NCBI RefSeq assembly: GCF_018977255.1
Contig: NW_024704743.1
Location: forward strand, 64,172,001-64,236,000
Direction: 5' to 3'
DNA: 64,000 bases
Source: Callorhinchus milii
Taxonomy: Eukaryota
The position numbers and the translations under genes were made by a program. The notes below the pieces were generated by a model that saw only the letters and a list, made by a program, of their open reading frames with translations, did not search any database and was not told the DNA's origin. This document shows, one piece after another, positions 26,914-39,499 of the stretch. Numbering within the stretch: position 1 is the stretch's first letter; the number at the start of each line of letters is the position of its first letter.

Positions 26914-27908
26914 ACAATATAAGAAGTGATTAAAATCATATCCCGATAAAGACATGTTAACAACACTACTGTCAATCACATCAGATTCGATTGGAAAGCA
27001 CAGTGAATGAGAAGCTGTGCACCATCTCAATCATAGCTTTTTGACTGCTTGGCAATGTCCTGCATTTCATCACCAGAGAACGAATGATTCTGCCAACGCT
27101 CAGCATGCAGTGAGATCAATAGTCATTGCCATTTATGATAAGACCTAAAAGAACTTAAAGAAAAATGGCTTCCAAAATGAAACTTCATTTAAGAATTTGT
27201 CAATTTCTGAAGGCTTGAAATGCTAATAAGGTAAACTTAGATACAGGTACAATTTCTCCTATATGTCCGTCAACTCCTACTCCATCTCTGTGAAGTGCTT
27301 TGAGATATTTTCCTATTTATAAGTGCAAATTGTTGTTCTTATTGTTGTTATTGTTAGGCACCAGAGTAGCTGCTGCTGCTGCACACTATTTGCACAGAGG
27401 ACAGTATTTCCGAACCAGCAGTATCCACACTTGATTTCCGCTAACTTTGGAATGTCCTTTCCGTGACTGTGTGCATCGCTCCCCATTGCATGAAGAAATC
27501 TAAGTTCATCATAAACTAGGACTTGCTGTTGGTAAGGCTGCTCAAGCATGTATTCGACTGTGAAAAATCTAATACTGTAGTTACCAACTGGTATCCCAAT
27601 GACTACCAGAGATGTCAATCCTTTTTAAAATTGCAATTGTCTTCAGTAATGTTCTAGTATTATTCCATAAATAATAAAGAAAAATGTTGATTATTTTTGT
27701 AAAGTTATTCACAGAACACCCTAAAACATTATATTAATAATAATAATCCTTGCATTTGATGTAGTGCTTTTTGTGTCTTCTAGACATCTCAAAGCGCTTT
27801 ACAGAATATACTATAAGGTTAATTGATTGTATATTTTGTTGGCAAAATGCGGCAGCCAATTGCGCACAACAGTGTCCCACAAACAGTTGTGGATTGAAGT
27901 GACCAATT

Positions 27909-28143
27909 TATGTATGTATGTATGTATGTATGTATGTATGTATGTATGTATGTATGTATGTATGTATGTATGTATGTATGTATGTATGTATGTATGTATG
28001 TATGTATGTATGTATGTATGTATGTATGTATGTATGTATGTATGTATGTATGTATGTATGTATGTATGTATGTATGTATGTATGTATGTATGTATGTATG
28101 TATGTATGTATGTATGTATGTATGTATGTATGTATGTATGTAT
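27909..28143. repeat. (TATG)~58 microsatellite inside a minus-strand SINE 3' half (27730-28190)
   Basis: Perfect tetranucleotide array; explains the MYVC-repeat ORFs. Confidence 0.97.
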
Positions 28144-31100
28144 TATTTATGTATTATTTATGTATTATTGTTTTTATTACATTATTATTAGATTAGAATT
28201 TTGAAAGCAATCATTATCCTTATAATAATGTTATCTTTTTGATAAAATATCTCAAAGAGCTTCACATGAATTACTGTAAGTGTAGCCACTGTAATTTTTA
28301 TGGCAAACACTAGTATCACATTTACATATCCCAGATATGATGTTATTAGGTTGAGTGTATTGGATTTGAAATCCTCATCCCTGTTTGTCTATTTTTCTGC
28401 TAATTTAATGATTTTAATGAACTATTATTGCAAGAGCATTGCTGAAGTTGCATTGCTGAAGTTGCCATCTTTTGGATGAGACAATAAACCAAAGTCCCAT
28501 CTGCATGTTCAGTTGGATGTTAAAGTTCCCATGGTACTATTCAGTATTCTGGCCAACAATTGCTGGTAAATTGCTCAATCGCTTCATAACCTTTTGTGGG
28601 ACCTTGCTGCACTTGCCTACAAATACATTGCCACTATATTTGACAGCAATTATCTGCAGAGCACTCAAGAGACGGTTTGATCCTGTTGACTCTATGCCAA
28701 ATACAATGATTGTTATTATTATTATTATTATTATTTCTTAACTAACCAAATTGGGCTCAGAATAGAAAATGATCATATTCCATAGCCTTAAATTATAAAT
28801 CTGTAATCTGACACTTTAATTGAGCTGCAGACTGAGGTTTATTTTTTCTGAGATGCACAAGCTATTATTCTACTGCGATTGTAGTTGTTTACCATCTTTC
28901 TTAACATGGGTACAGACCCCTTAGGGAGCTCAATTAACTCTAAGCAATGCTGGAATTCAGGCCCTAACATTTTTAAAAATTCTTCTTTCGATAATAACTC
29001 ATCAAGATCTCATGTAAAAGGATGAGACCTTTGTGTTCAGCATCATATCAGGCCATGAGCACCAGTGAGCGCAGAGATTTTAATATTGATTGGAGGCTGC
29101 CTGCCTGAGACCATTTACGATGTACTAGAAATTGAGATTGTATCTAGACACAAATGAAATTTATAGCACCAAGAAAAACACACAGCAAGAAAAAATGTAA
29201 TTCATGACCTGAAGAAGAACATGTCAGCTGTTAACTAGGCCTAACCTCCATCATCCCCGATTAATTGGGAGTGTTGTTTGAAGGGAATAATGTGCTCATT
29301 AATCAATTATAAACCATGTTCCAGTTTTTTCTCAATATTGGTCCCATTCCCCTCCCCCCTCCATTTTAAAAGTATTAAGGGAAAGCGGTTGCACTTATAC
29401 AGTATCTTTCCTCCAGCATGAACACTTATAATTACTTTATAAAGACAATAGGGATACTAATAATTGTATTTGATATAATAATGCTTGCATTTAATATAGC
29501 GCCTTATCACATCTTCGAGACATCTCAAAGCACTTCACAGAATATATTGTGAAGTGTAGTGACTGTACATTTTGTGGGCAGAAAGTGGCAGCCAGAGCAG
29601 TGTCCCACAAACAGTCATGATTTGAATGACCAAATTATTCCCTGCTAGGATCCCTGAGCAGACGAAAAAGGAGAGGGAATTTAAAGGTGTTCACCAAAAG
29701 CATGGTCAGAGAAATGTGGTTTTTAAGAGGGTTATGAATGAGAGAAGAGAAGGAGCGAGGCAAAACAGTAACTGGGCACTAAGATTCTTTCCATTTGTTT
29801 CCTGTTAAACATACAAGTCAAAGTCCCAACAGGTAGGATGGTCCTAGATGGACAAACAGCAGCAGGCTTGCCAGTCAGCATTCAAAATGACAAACTGTGT
29901 GGTTAAATTCCAGCAGTAATCCAATACACACTCTGGGTCCCCAAGCTCTGGCTCCTGCTAACCTGTGACACTCTCCCTGGAGGGATGAACTCTGCTTAAC
30001 GAATTACAGAGTCAGTAATTAGGTACGTCCCTCTGGGGAGAGAGTGCACATTTCATTTCCAGACAGAAGGAAATTTCCATACATACGTGGGCCTCTCAGT
30101 AGTTTCGTTCAGATACTCTTAAGCACAGTGATGGGTTTGAGTGTCTGTCAAACACCTGCTGAAAAAAAGACTTAATCCAACACTTGATGTCCAACAGGCA
30201 GTCAGACATCAAGTATTGGATTAAGTCATTATGTTGCCTTTAACCAATGTAATGTTTTGTTGCCTTGAAGCAATATTAGTTCTGCACTAAAAAGATAGTG
30301 AATCTGTTTGGTTTACTTCATCTCCTACATGAACTAAGTACATGAATTGTCTCCCTCTTGTCTGGCTTACTCCTTGCAGACCTGTAAGCTCCATGAGTTT
30401 CAATGAAGGTATAATCAGCAGGCAGTTGTTGAATTCCCTGACCATCATGTTTAAGCCTTCTGCTACCTCAGGCTACCTAGGATTTTCAATAATTTTTCTT
30501 CTCTTCTGTATCTCTTCCTTTTAAAAATTCCATAGCCTCAAGTCAATTCTTCAGCAATCTTGATCCCTTCAGTCAGCTTATCTTCCACTCTTGAAGTTTT
30601 TCTCTGTCTACATGACTCTCCTCGGAACTGAATCCACTTCATTCATTACGTTTTCATTTGACTTATAATGGGTAGAAATGTTGGGTCTAGGTTTTCAGGT
30701 CTTGTCTGGAGGCATTCACATCTGCCTTAGATATCTATCACTCTTCTTCCTTTTACTTTCACAAAAAAAGGAAAAGATACGGCTCTAAAATCTACTTCTT
30801 CCACCTCTATGAGGGTGGTATAAAAATGCAAGTTGCTGTGTGTATACATCAAGTTTCCTCTTAAATATGTTGAGGAATCTCAGAAAAGTGTGTCTTCCAG
30901 TGTTTGAGTGACTTGTGCAGCATTATATCCCCTCAGTACCTTTACCATGATTTCAACAAGAAAGCAAAGCACTTGCTGCCTTTCCTGTACTTAAGTGACT
31001 GCCATACAACCATACCAATGTGCCATACTGCCATACGCATGTATACACATACTGCATTACAATATGTCCGGTCATGTTATCTTGGGACCAGAAAATACAG

Positions 31101-32341
31101 TAGGATTGAGACCAAAACATTAATTTGATAAAGGATTATAGAATTTTAGACCATTTCAATGGTTTTTCAATGGACGGCTTTAGAAGTCTTCCTGACATGA
31201 ACGATTCTATATAAGTGTGAATTTGCTGCTTGTTGTTCAGAGGAAGATCAATACTGTATCAGTATCAGTAGTCAATATGAAGAAAGGTATTGCATTCAAC
31301 TATACCTTAAAATAAAACAGTCATTATTATTCAGTCCCCACTACCCAGTTTGGGTGTCCAACTGTGTGAAGTGCTTTGAGGCGTGTGCCTGATGTGAAAG
31401 ACACTATATAAATTTAAGTTGTATTGTGATCAATATACAATATTTCAATGCCTTGTATAATTTACAAAATGTATAAATTCAGATCTCAGCTTTGCTTATC
31501 CCTTTAAATTGATGTTACACCCAACTTTACAGACTCATTCAACCGAATCATGATCTATTATGTCTGCATCTAAGACCTAGTAGGTAAACATTTTTTACTC
31601 TTTCTTTATAAATATACAGTTTTCCTTTAAATCCAAGTTATCAGAATAAAATGCCAATGTTCTGAGAAAATTTACACTTTAAATCTTCCCTGCATGATTT
31701 TTATGTTTTTTAATTGCTCCAGATTGGATAAATATCATTATCATAATAATATTTGCTGCACTTGGTAGTGAAACACCTGCACAATCATGTTACTATGAAG
31801 ATGGAAATGTATTTCATTCATCAAGACTACATCTGGATATAGTGTCAAATGTTAGTGCTTTGAAGGTTTCGCTCTCAATACTTAACTTTTGACCAAATAG
31901 CTGAATGTGCTTCAAAATAAATCTGCAGCTTCAAAGTCTCAAAGTAGTATGAAGAGAGCACATCGTGCCACTCTGACACAATTTCATAGAAACCATTAAA
32001 CACTCATTACAAATATATATTTGCTCAAGATAGCAACTGTCTGAGAGTACAATAGTAACAGGAATTATAAGTCATCTCAAACCATGATAATGCTGCATCC
32101 CTGAATGCCCGAATGTAAAAAATATTTATCTTGTTAAGTGAAGCTCCATAAATAATGGAGCTGTACTCGAGGACTGCTGGACAGCAAATGTTATTCCATT
32201 ATTCAAAAAGAGGTGAGAAATGAGGCTGGAAACTGTAGACAAGTTAGCTGAAATGCTCACAAGCATTATATGGGATACTGTCAGAGCAGTAATATTACAA
32301 GAGATAGTTCAACATGGATTAGGTCACTCCTCACAATTGTA

Positions 32342-32677
32342 TGTAGGGTAGTGGTTAGAGCACTCGCCTCACAAGCAAAAGAACCCGGGTTCGATTACCG
32401 GGCAGGGCGAAAATTTTGGCAAGTTTCCATACTCCGCATGCCTCTATTTACCTAGCAATAAGTATAAAACCGGTTGTTGGTCAATTGGCCAATCGCTTTC
32501 CGGGCGTAATAATCTCCAAAAAAACCCAATAATAATTTGGTCACTCAATCCACAACTAGTTGTGCGACACTGCTGTGTGCAATTGGCTGCCGCAATTCGC
32601 CCACAAAATATACAGTTTGAGACATCTCAGTGACATGATAAGGCACTATACAAAAGGCAAGGATTATTATTATTATT
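32342..32677 (+). mobile_element. tRNA-Ala-derived SINE, long subfamily
   Basis: A/B boxes (TAGTGGTTAGAGC, GGTTCGATT), internal block, tail. Confidence 0.85.
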
Positions 32678-32692
32678 GGAATGACTGTATTT

Positions 32693-33047
32693 AACAATAA
32701 TAATAATAATAATAATAACAATAATAATAATAATCCTTACATTTGATATAGCACTTTTTATGTCGAGAGGACGTCCCAAAGCGCTTCACAGAACACACTG
32801 TAAAGTGAATTGACTATATTTGTGGGCGAACGCGGCAGCCAATTGCACACAGCAATGTCCCACAAACAGTCGTAGATTGAAAATGACCAATTTATTATTG
32901 TTTTGGGTTTTGGAGGGATTATTATTAGGCGTATGGAGTAAGGAAACTTGCCCAAGGTTTTGCCCTGCCTGGAATTGAACTCAGGTCTCTCGCTTGCAAA
33001 GCGAGTGCTCTAACCACTGTGCTCTAACCACTGAGCTACAGGACTCC
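32693..33047 (-). mobile_element. tRNA-Ala-derived SINE, short subfamily, full length
   Basis: GGAGTCCTGTAGCTCAGTGGTTAGAGC head with a 14-nt tandem duplication; (TTA)n tail. Confidence 0.9.
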
Positions 33048-33059
33048 ACAAGTACCTAA

Positions 33060-33650
33060 ACTAGAGGTTGAGGGCTACCAATGTATGCAACTGACTTAAA
33101 TTTTTATAAATAATTTAATACTGTCTAACTTATAAATGTTGAAAGAAGGTTAAAGCTCAGGGAATTAATGGAAAATTCACTGGCTGGATTGAAACTGTCT
33201 CACTGGTAAGAAGCAGAAGGTGATGGCAAATGGAAGCAGCTCTACCTGGGAATACAAACTAGATGCATTCTTCAGGTGTCATTTTTGATTCCTTCTGGTA
33301 TACATTAACCATAAATCACTTAGAGAAAAACACTTCTAGTAATGTTGGGGTTCAAAGAAACTGGAAAAGGAGTTTTAATTTAAAATATCTCTATCAGGTC
33401 CTCTCTCAACCTTCTCTGTTCCAATTAAACCACTTCTTCTAGTCTCCAGCCATAAATCAAGCCAATCAACCCTGATATCAGATTAGTGAATCTCCTCTGC
33501 ACTTTCTCCATGGTTCTGGCACCCTTCCTAAAGTGAGTTGACCAAATCTGGCCTCTATACTCTAATTGAGGTCTAACCAACAATTTTGCATCACCTCTTT
33601 GGTTTTATATTCTATGCCCTTATTTCTAAAACCTACGATTCAATTACCTT
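33060..33650. mobile_element. Decayed CR1-type fragments in both orientations
   Basis: GINGKFTGWI..GKKQKVMANG-like remnant (+) and LVRPQLEYxxQIWSTHFRK-like remnant (-). Confidence 0.55.
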
Positions 33651-35744
33651 TGTCTTCCCAGCTTTGTCCACTCACTTTATCTAGCATTCAGCCTATTTAG
33701 ACTGTGGTTTTCTAATTTGAGCACTTTGTTCATCTCCAATTTAGAATTTGGTAAAACCTTAAACACTACTGAGTGCAATTTTGGGAATGTAACTTAAGAA
33801 AGGACAGAGTGAATTCAAAGACTAGCAGATGGTTCGGGAATTAAATACCCAGAGCTAATAGCATAGAAAGACTGAAGTGGAAAAAAGATTCAGTAGGAAT
33901 ACGTTCCAGATATTTAATAAGAAGAAAATCACGATGAAACCAAATTATTGAACTGAAACCAATCGTTGGACTTAATGAAACAAATGTTACCAAACATCAA
34001 ACAGAATTTGGATATTGGACCACATTTTTCCAAAATAGTAAATCTGTGTCTCCTATCAATACAAATGTGTTGACTGATTTGTTTCAGAATGTGTGCTAGT
34101 GGGAATAAAGCGGATAAAGAATGCTTGCTTAGAATACATGTAGTTTTCAGCAGATCTTATTGATTTACTCCTTCAGATAAAGTGCCTGATTATAAAAGGG
34201 ATTAAAGGTTACAGGGATAAATCTAAATACAGATGAAGTTTTACCCTTGTTTATTTTCTTGCTAAGGAAGCAAGTTGTACCAAATCCATAACAATGTGAA
34301 TTCTGCATGGCTCATTGGAAGGAGCAAAGTTGAGGATCTTAATGGCTTATTCTTGTTATGTTCTAATCCATAACATCATCCAGTCACATGAAATATTGAT
34401 CAATGGAAGTGATTTAAAATTCCCCAGAGCCACAGTTAACGCCCATGCATTACATTATGAAATGGGTTCATATATTTTGGTGGGAAATGACAATGACAGA
34501 GGAAGATACATTTTGGGAATTGGAATCACGTGAGTGGATCAAAGCTAATTCACAATGAAGATAAATTAAGTGGAATTTTTTTTTCGCTCAGTCAGACTAT
34601 GTCATTTTATCTCAGAAAGGTATTGAATAGGATCTGTGAATAACTGAACATAGTTTTCAGTCAAGCACTGCATATCAAGCGCTCTGGAACACTGCCCTGT
34701 GTGAGAAGAGCTATATACATGCAAGTTGTTGCTGTTATCTGTTGCATTTGCACTGGGTCTTTTTGAGCATTCGTTCATCATCTCCATACAAATAATTCCA
34801 GATTTCCCCAGTGCATTGCTAGTTACATGCTAAATAAAATTACAGAGCTTTACCCAGTGGAGCTCTGTTATCTGAAAAGAGGCAACACACGAAATACCCA
34901 AATGCATATTCTCGGGTCCCCAAGCTTTGGTACTTGCAAACTGCTCCTAATACTTTCCAGAATTAGTAAACCAGGATGTGTCCCTCCAGGGACAGAGTGC
35001 ACATTCCATTCCAACAATCTATCTCTGGAATTTCCATGTGTAGGTGGGATGCATGGATTTCTCAGTTTGGTTTGAATACTCTTTAAGCATGGTGATGGGT
35101 TTCCGCAAAAAAAAGGACTTTGCTATTTGCAAATTGGCTGTCAGATTCACCTACAAAATATATAACCATTACAGTTTACAGTAAATCCCGTGAAGTGCTT
35201 TGAGATGTATTTCCAATGTGGAAAGCACTCTATTAAATACAAGGATTATTATTATTTAGCTTTAAATGCTTCCGCAGGGATCTTTCCTGCTTTCATATCA
35301 TTTTTCATCAGTAAACAAAATGCAAAATTAAAAACAAACCACATTTATAGAAATATGATAAATGTGATTCATCATTTCATTAAACTAAACTCAACTAAAA
35401 TGGCTCAACCATAATGACTAAAAATAAAAATAAACTGTCCAAATAGCGCAATTCTGAAAATTGATGCTTGTGGATTCTGAAAATTTGAATGATATGTAAA
35501 GTTTGCAATTGAATGCAACCTTCCAAGCACATACATAAATAAAACGATTTTCAATAATCCACTAAATCCGCTTGAAACCTTCACTGCTGTTCTCTTTTAA
35601 CTCAGCTTTGAATGCAAAGCAAGATGAGACCTAGTTTTCAAAGAGAGAGATCTGATATTGAAACCCTTTATTGACAGAAGAAATATGTATTTATAGAATA
35701 CTAAGATTGTACCCGCTGAACGATAATAAATATGTAAATAATCC

Positions 35745-36136
35745 TATAATAATCCTTGTACTTGATGTAGCACCTTATCATGTTGTTGAGGCGTCGCAAA
35801 GCACTTCACAGGAAATATAAATGTGTATTTTGTTTGTATTTTGTGGGTTAACTTGACAACCAATTTATGCACAACAATGTACCTCAAACAGCCAAGGAGG
35901 GAATTACCAATTTTTATTTAGGGGGATTTGTTGGCCAGGACACCAGAGACTCACTTCTCTTTACGAAAAGTGCCCTGGATCTTTAATATCCACTTGGACA
36001 GGCAGATGGGACCTTGGTTTAACATTTTTTATGAAGGAAGGCGCCTCTGACTCCCAACACACTACATTGGAGTGTCCCAAGTCCCAAGACCTTTTGACTC
36101 AGAGGCAAGAGTACTATCACCAAACCAGGCTGACAC
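35745..36136 (-). mobile_element. Deu-domain (SacSINE1/AmnSINE1-like) SINE, near full length, decayed
   Basis: Head CTTGCCTCTGAGTCA.AAGG, body GTTAAACCAAGGTCCCATCTGCC..GTGGATATTAAAGATCC..GTGTCCTGGCCAAC, shared tail. Related pieces at 28440-28735, 49470-49860, 52560-52685, 58790-58960 and 63680-63955. Confidence 0.7.
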
Positions 36137-36138
36137 AG

Positions 36139-36205
<67 letters not shown>
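36139..36205. repeat. (AAT)n microsatellite, probably a SINE tail
   Basis: Direct reading; adjoins CTTGCATTTGATATA. Confidence 0.9.
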
Positions 36206-36207
<2 letters not shown>

Positions 36208-37169
36208 AATTCTTGCATTTGATATATTGTCAAGTGAATTAACTTTAAATTTTAAAATACTAAAATTTAAAATAATAAAAATTAAAATAGATGAAAAATC
36301 TAGATTATTATTACAATTTAGGATACTTGGGTTCAAAGAGATAAACACAAAACGGTTGGAATCTTTGGTGAAATCTTGAATCAATGAGATTAGACTGATA
36401 ACAGTTGTGCCTTTTCTTGTATATTGAGTAAGACAGGGTGCAGGACACTGTAGTGTGAAGATCATAGGGGATTTCAGCACCCCAGAGGTAGTCTGACCAG
36501 GGGCAGCTGAAAGGTTATGGTGAAGGTATAAGCAATTTCATAGATGTAACTGGAAACTGCTTTTTGTGTTGCACAGTGCTGGACCAGATGCCTTATTAGA
36601 TTAACTGTTTTATCAATCTATCAAACCCATTGGCAGCATGGACATATCAGTTCTAGTGTCCATTAGATATACTATTGTATATTGAAGATTAAAGCCGAAA
36701 ATATCAGGCGGGGACCGATTGCAACAACAAAATAATGCTATGTGCCTATAATTTAAATTGAGGAGGCTGGATAAAGGTTTAGATACAATTTTAGCAGAGA
36801 TTATAAGATGGCTGTGGGACACATCCTCTCGCAGCGAGAGGTCACATAAGGGCAAAGGGGTAAGGTTGTCATTGGAGGCTAAAGGTTGTCTCTCGGTGTG
36901 AGGAATCAGCGTAAAGGGGAGAAAGCTTACTGGTGCCAAAATGAAAGCTGCCTTTGCCTTTGATTCTCCCCATGAGTCATCAGTGGAAAGGGGAGAGGCT
37001 GATAATGGAGGATTCGACCAGTTATTATATTCGTGCTGTCCCCAATGAGAGACATGAGTACTAATATACAATGGAATCTGACTTAAAGAGGCACTCAGAG
37101 AAGTCTCGTTCTACCAGAGCACCTCATCATATTTTCAATTGCATCTGCTGTAGTTCCACCCATATGTTA

Positions 37170-37330
37170 AATCTGCCTATGTTCCTTTTACAATTTTCTG
37201 TTTCCTTCTACATATTCTTCCTATCTTAATGTCATCAGCAAAGTTAGACGAAGTCCTTTCTTTTCGTATATCCAGGTCATTTATATATAATGTGAAAAAT
37301 TGACTAAAGCTATACGTCTTTAGCACCACT
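37170..37330 (-). mobile_element. CR1 RT fragment
   Basis: FTLYINDLD...NFADDIKIG motif. Confidence 0.7.
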
Positions 37331-37368
37331 TCCTTTTTTAGTCTTGTAATAAGATTATATGTCGGAAC

Positions 37369-37640
37369 AAAGACCCTATGGAACAAGATAGACACTGGAG
37401 TCTATGTTATATAGATTTCTCAGTGTAAGATAGATCGCACTTAAAAGGGGTACGAGTGCAAAGGGGAACTAGCATTGAATAGCGTCTTTCACAAAGAGAG
37501 ATGAAGAGTACAAAGCAGACATTGCTAGTGCAGGATGAAATCTCATAGTGTAATGTAGATGCCTTCCAGTGCAGAGATGGCTGGTACAAACAGTTGAATA
37601 TATTGTAGATGCCTCTACTTTCTTGTTCCATCGTGTCTTT
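37369..37640. mobile_element. MITE-like element with 20-bp terminal inverted repeats
   Basis: AAAGACCCTATGGAACAAGA ... TCTTGTTCCATCGTGTCTTT (18/20 complementary). Confidence 0.5.
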
Positions 37641-39499
37641 TTTTCAACCCTGTGAGCTAATCACAAGACTAGCCTGTGATTTTATTTATTTATCTTCTGC
37701 AATTCTAAATCATACATATAAGCAATTTGTTCTAGTTTATTGGCTGGGACTGTGACAATGAAGATTGTCAGTGATGTTCCTTTATTAAATTTGGAGTTGC
37801 CACATGATAAACAGCTTTACTGGTCACAACTGGACACACTTTATTATGGCAGAAAAAGAATAGGAATATTGACACTTGAAAGTTTTAAAAAAAGAAAAAT
37901 TGCTGCTAATAGAAAATGCAATGAAAAAATCATTTTCTCTCCGAGATAACTTGTCAGAGCAGAACAATGATGGTGTCTTTTTTCCCTTTTCTAATCTCTA
38001 GCTATCACTTTCTTTGTGTCTTAGGAAACCAAGATGTTTCATGCATTATTTCCAAATAACTGCCTAAAATGCACAGGGAACAACCGCTTAAATATTTATG
38101 AATTAAGAGCTCAGGGATTTGATGCTGTATTCACCAGTTTAAAATAGGGAATGATGCAGGGAGTTGGTTGTTGCACTTAGACTTGAGTTAGAGTTCCACC
38201 CTGTGGCTAACTTCATGTGCACATTTTCTCATAGGTTCCATTCAAATCTTAGCCAGCAAGAATCAATTTCTAGCCCTCTCCAAGGTCATGAAGATGGTGA
38301 CAATCTCTTTGTGAAAGAATGCATTTACTAAACAGGCCTCTTAGACTGCAGACTCGGCATACTGTTGTTTCTTAATTTACAATAAATACGTGGGAAGAAT
38401 ACCTCTCACAACCTCAGCAGAGAGCAACCAGACCTATAGTAAACCTATTTTTACATCACATCAATATTGCTCGTTTATCCATTAGACTTCTATCCATGTA
38501 TATTTGCTGCACTATCCAAATGCACTGAATCTCTGAAGGTGAACAGGCACTTTGTTTATTCAGCAGAATTTACCTTTGATGAATGTGCTGAAATGATTGA
38601 ACCTGATGTAGTTTGAAATCTAACGCAACATTTTCTATTCCAGGAGGAGGATGAAGAGAAGGTGGGGGAGGGTGAAGGATCCATTGTTGCATTGTATTAA
38701 TATATTTGCTCAGTACTGTTGTCAAGGCCACTTGTAGCATTGTGATCATTGCAGATCCTCTTACCATTGTGGCTCGTCCAGCTGCCCGAAGCTGCTGCAT
38801 TGGGAAATTGCAGAATATATGTTGTGGTAGACATAGCCATTTGTGTCTTTAAATGTCTGTGTGCCTAGGAGCTCCTTTTCCATATTACTTTTTCCCCAAG
38901 TTGTTTAGAGAATTGGGGCGGTTTAAATTGCCATTCACCACATGAACACACAATTCACTGTGCACTCCAGTAATACACTAGTGCATTCTAAGTGTCAGCC
39001 TCTTTTGAGGAAGACTTCCGGCATGGATGAAAGATCCTGTTGTAAAATTCCATTAGGAAGGGGCTAGAGGGCTAGAGTATATAATAATAATTAAAACAGA
39101 CAAAGGAGTTTTTATCAAAAGAAGCTCAGTTCTGAAGCAGTCAATATATCTATCTCCATGCTAACTAGCTTCCAATTCGCATAGAATTCAGTCATTTGTC
39201 TAACATAGTCACAGTTTTTCCTATAGTTTAGATGAGCTATTACACAAAGAACATTGGATGCATTGAATTGTAGTGTTAGCCCAGATTATGTGAGTCTGAA
39301 GTCCCAACTCGGGGCTTGAATTTACAGCCTTCTGACTCAGAGGCGAGAGTTCAAACATACGAACCCAAGACTTGAAATACCTCATGGTGTTAGCCTTCCA
39401 ACTATTACAATTTAAGATGATTCCGAATTTGGGAAAATGTTAAAATTCCATCTTAAGTTGAAAGTTAATTTTCTGCACTCCAACTTCTTCAGATTTATT

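Noticed and set aside
27827..28204. Three MYVC-repeat ORFs
   Set aside because: Translations of the (TATG)n microsatellite.
30340..30770. Purine-rich minus-strand coding relic
   Set aside because: Frequent stops and no recognisable motif.
36613..37071. 152-aa minus-strand ORF as a gene
   Set aside because: No splice signals or domain; ISAKIVSKPLSSLLNL resembles a decayed LINE RT region.
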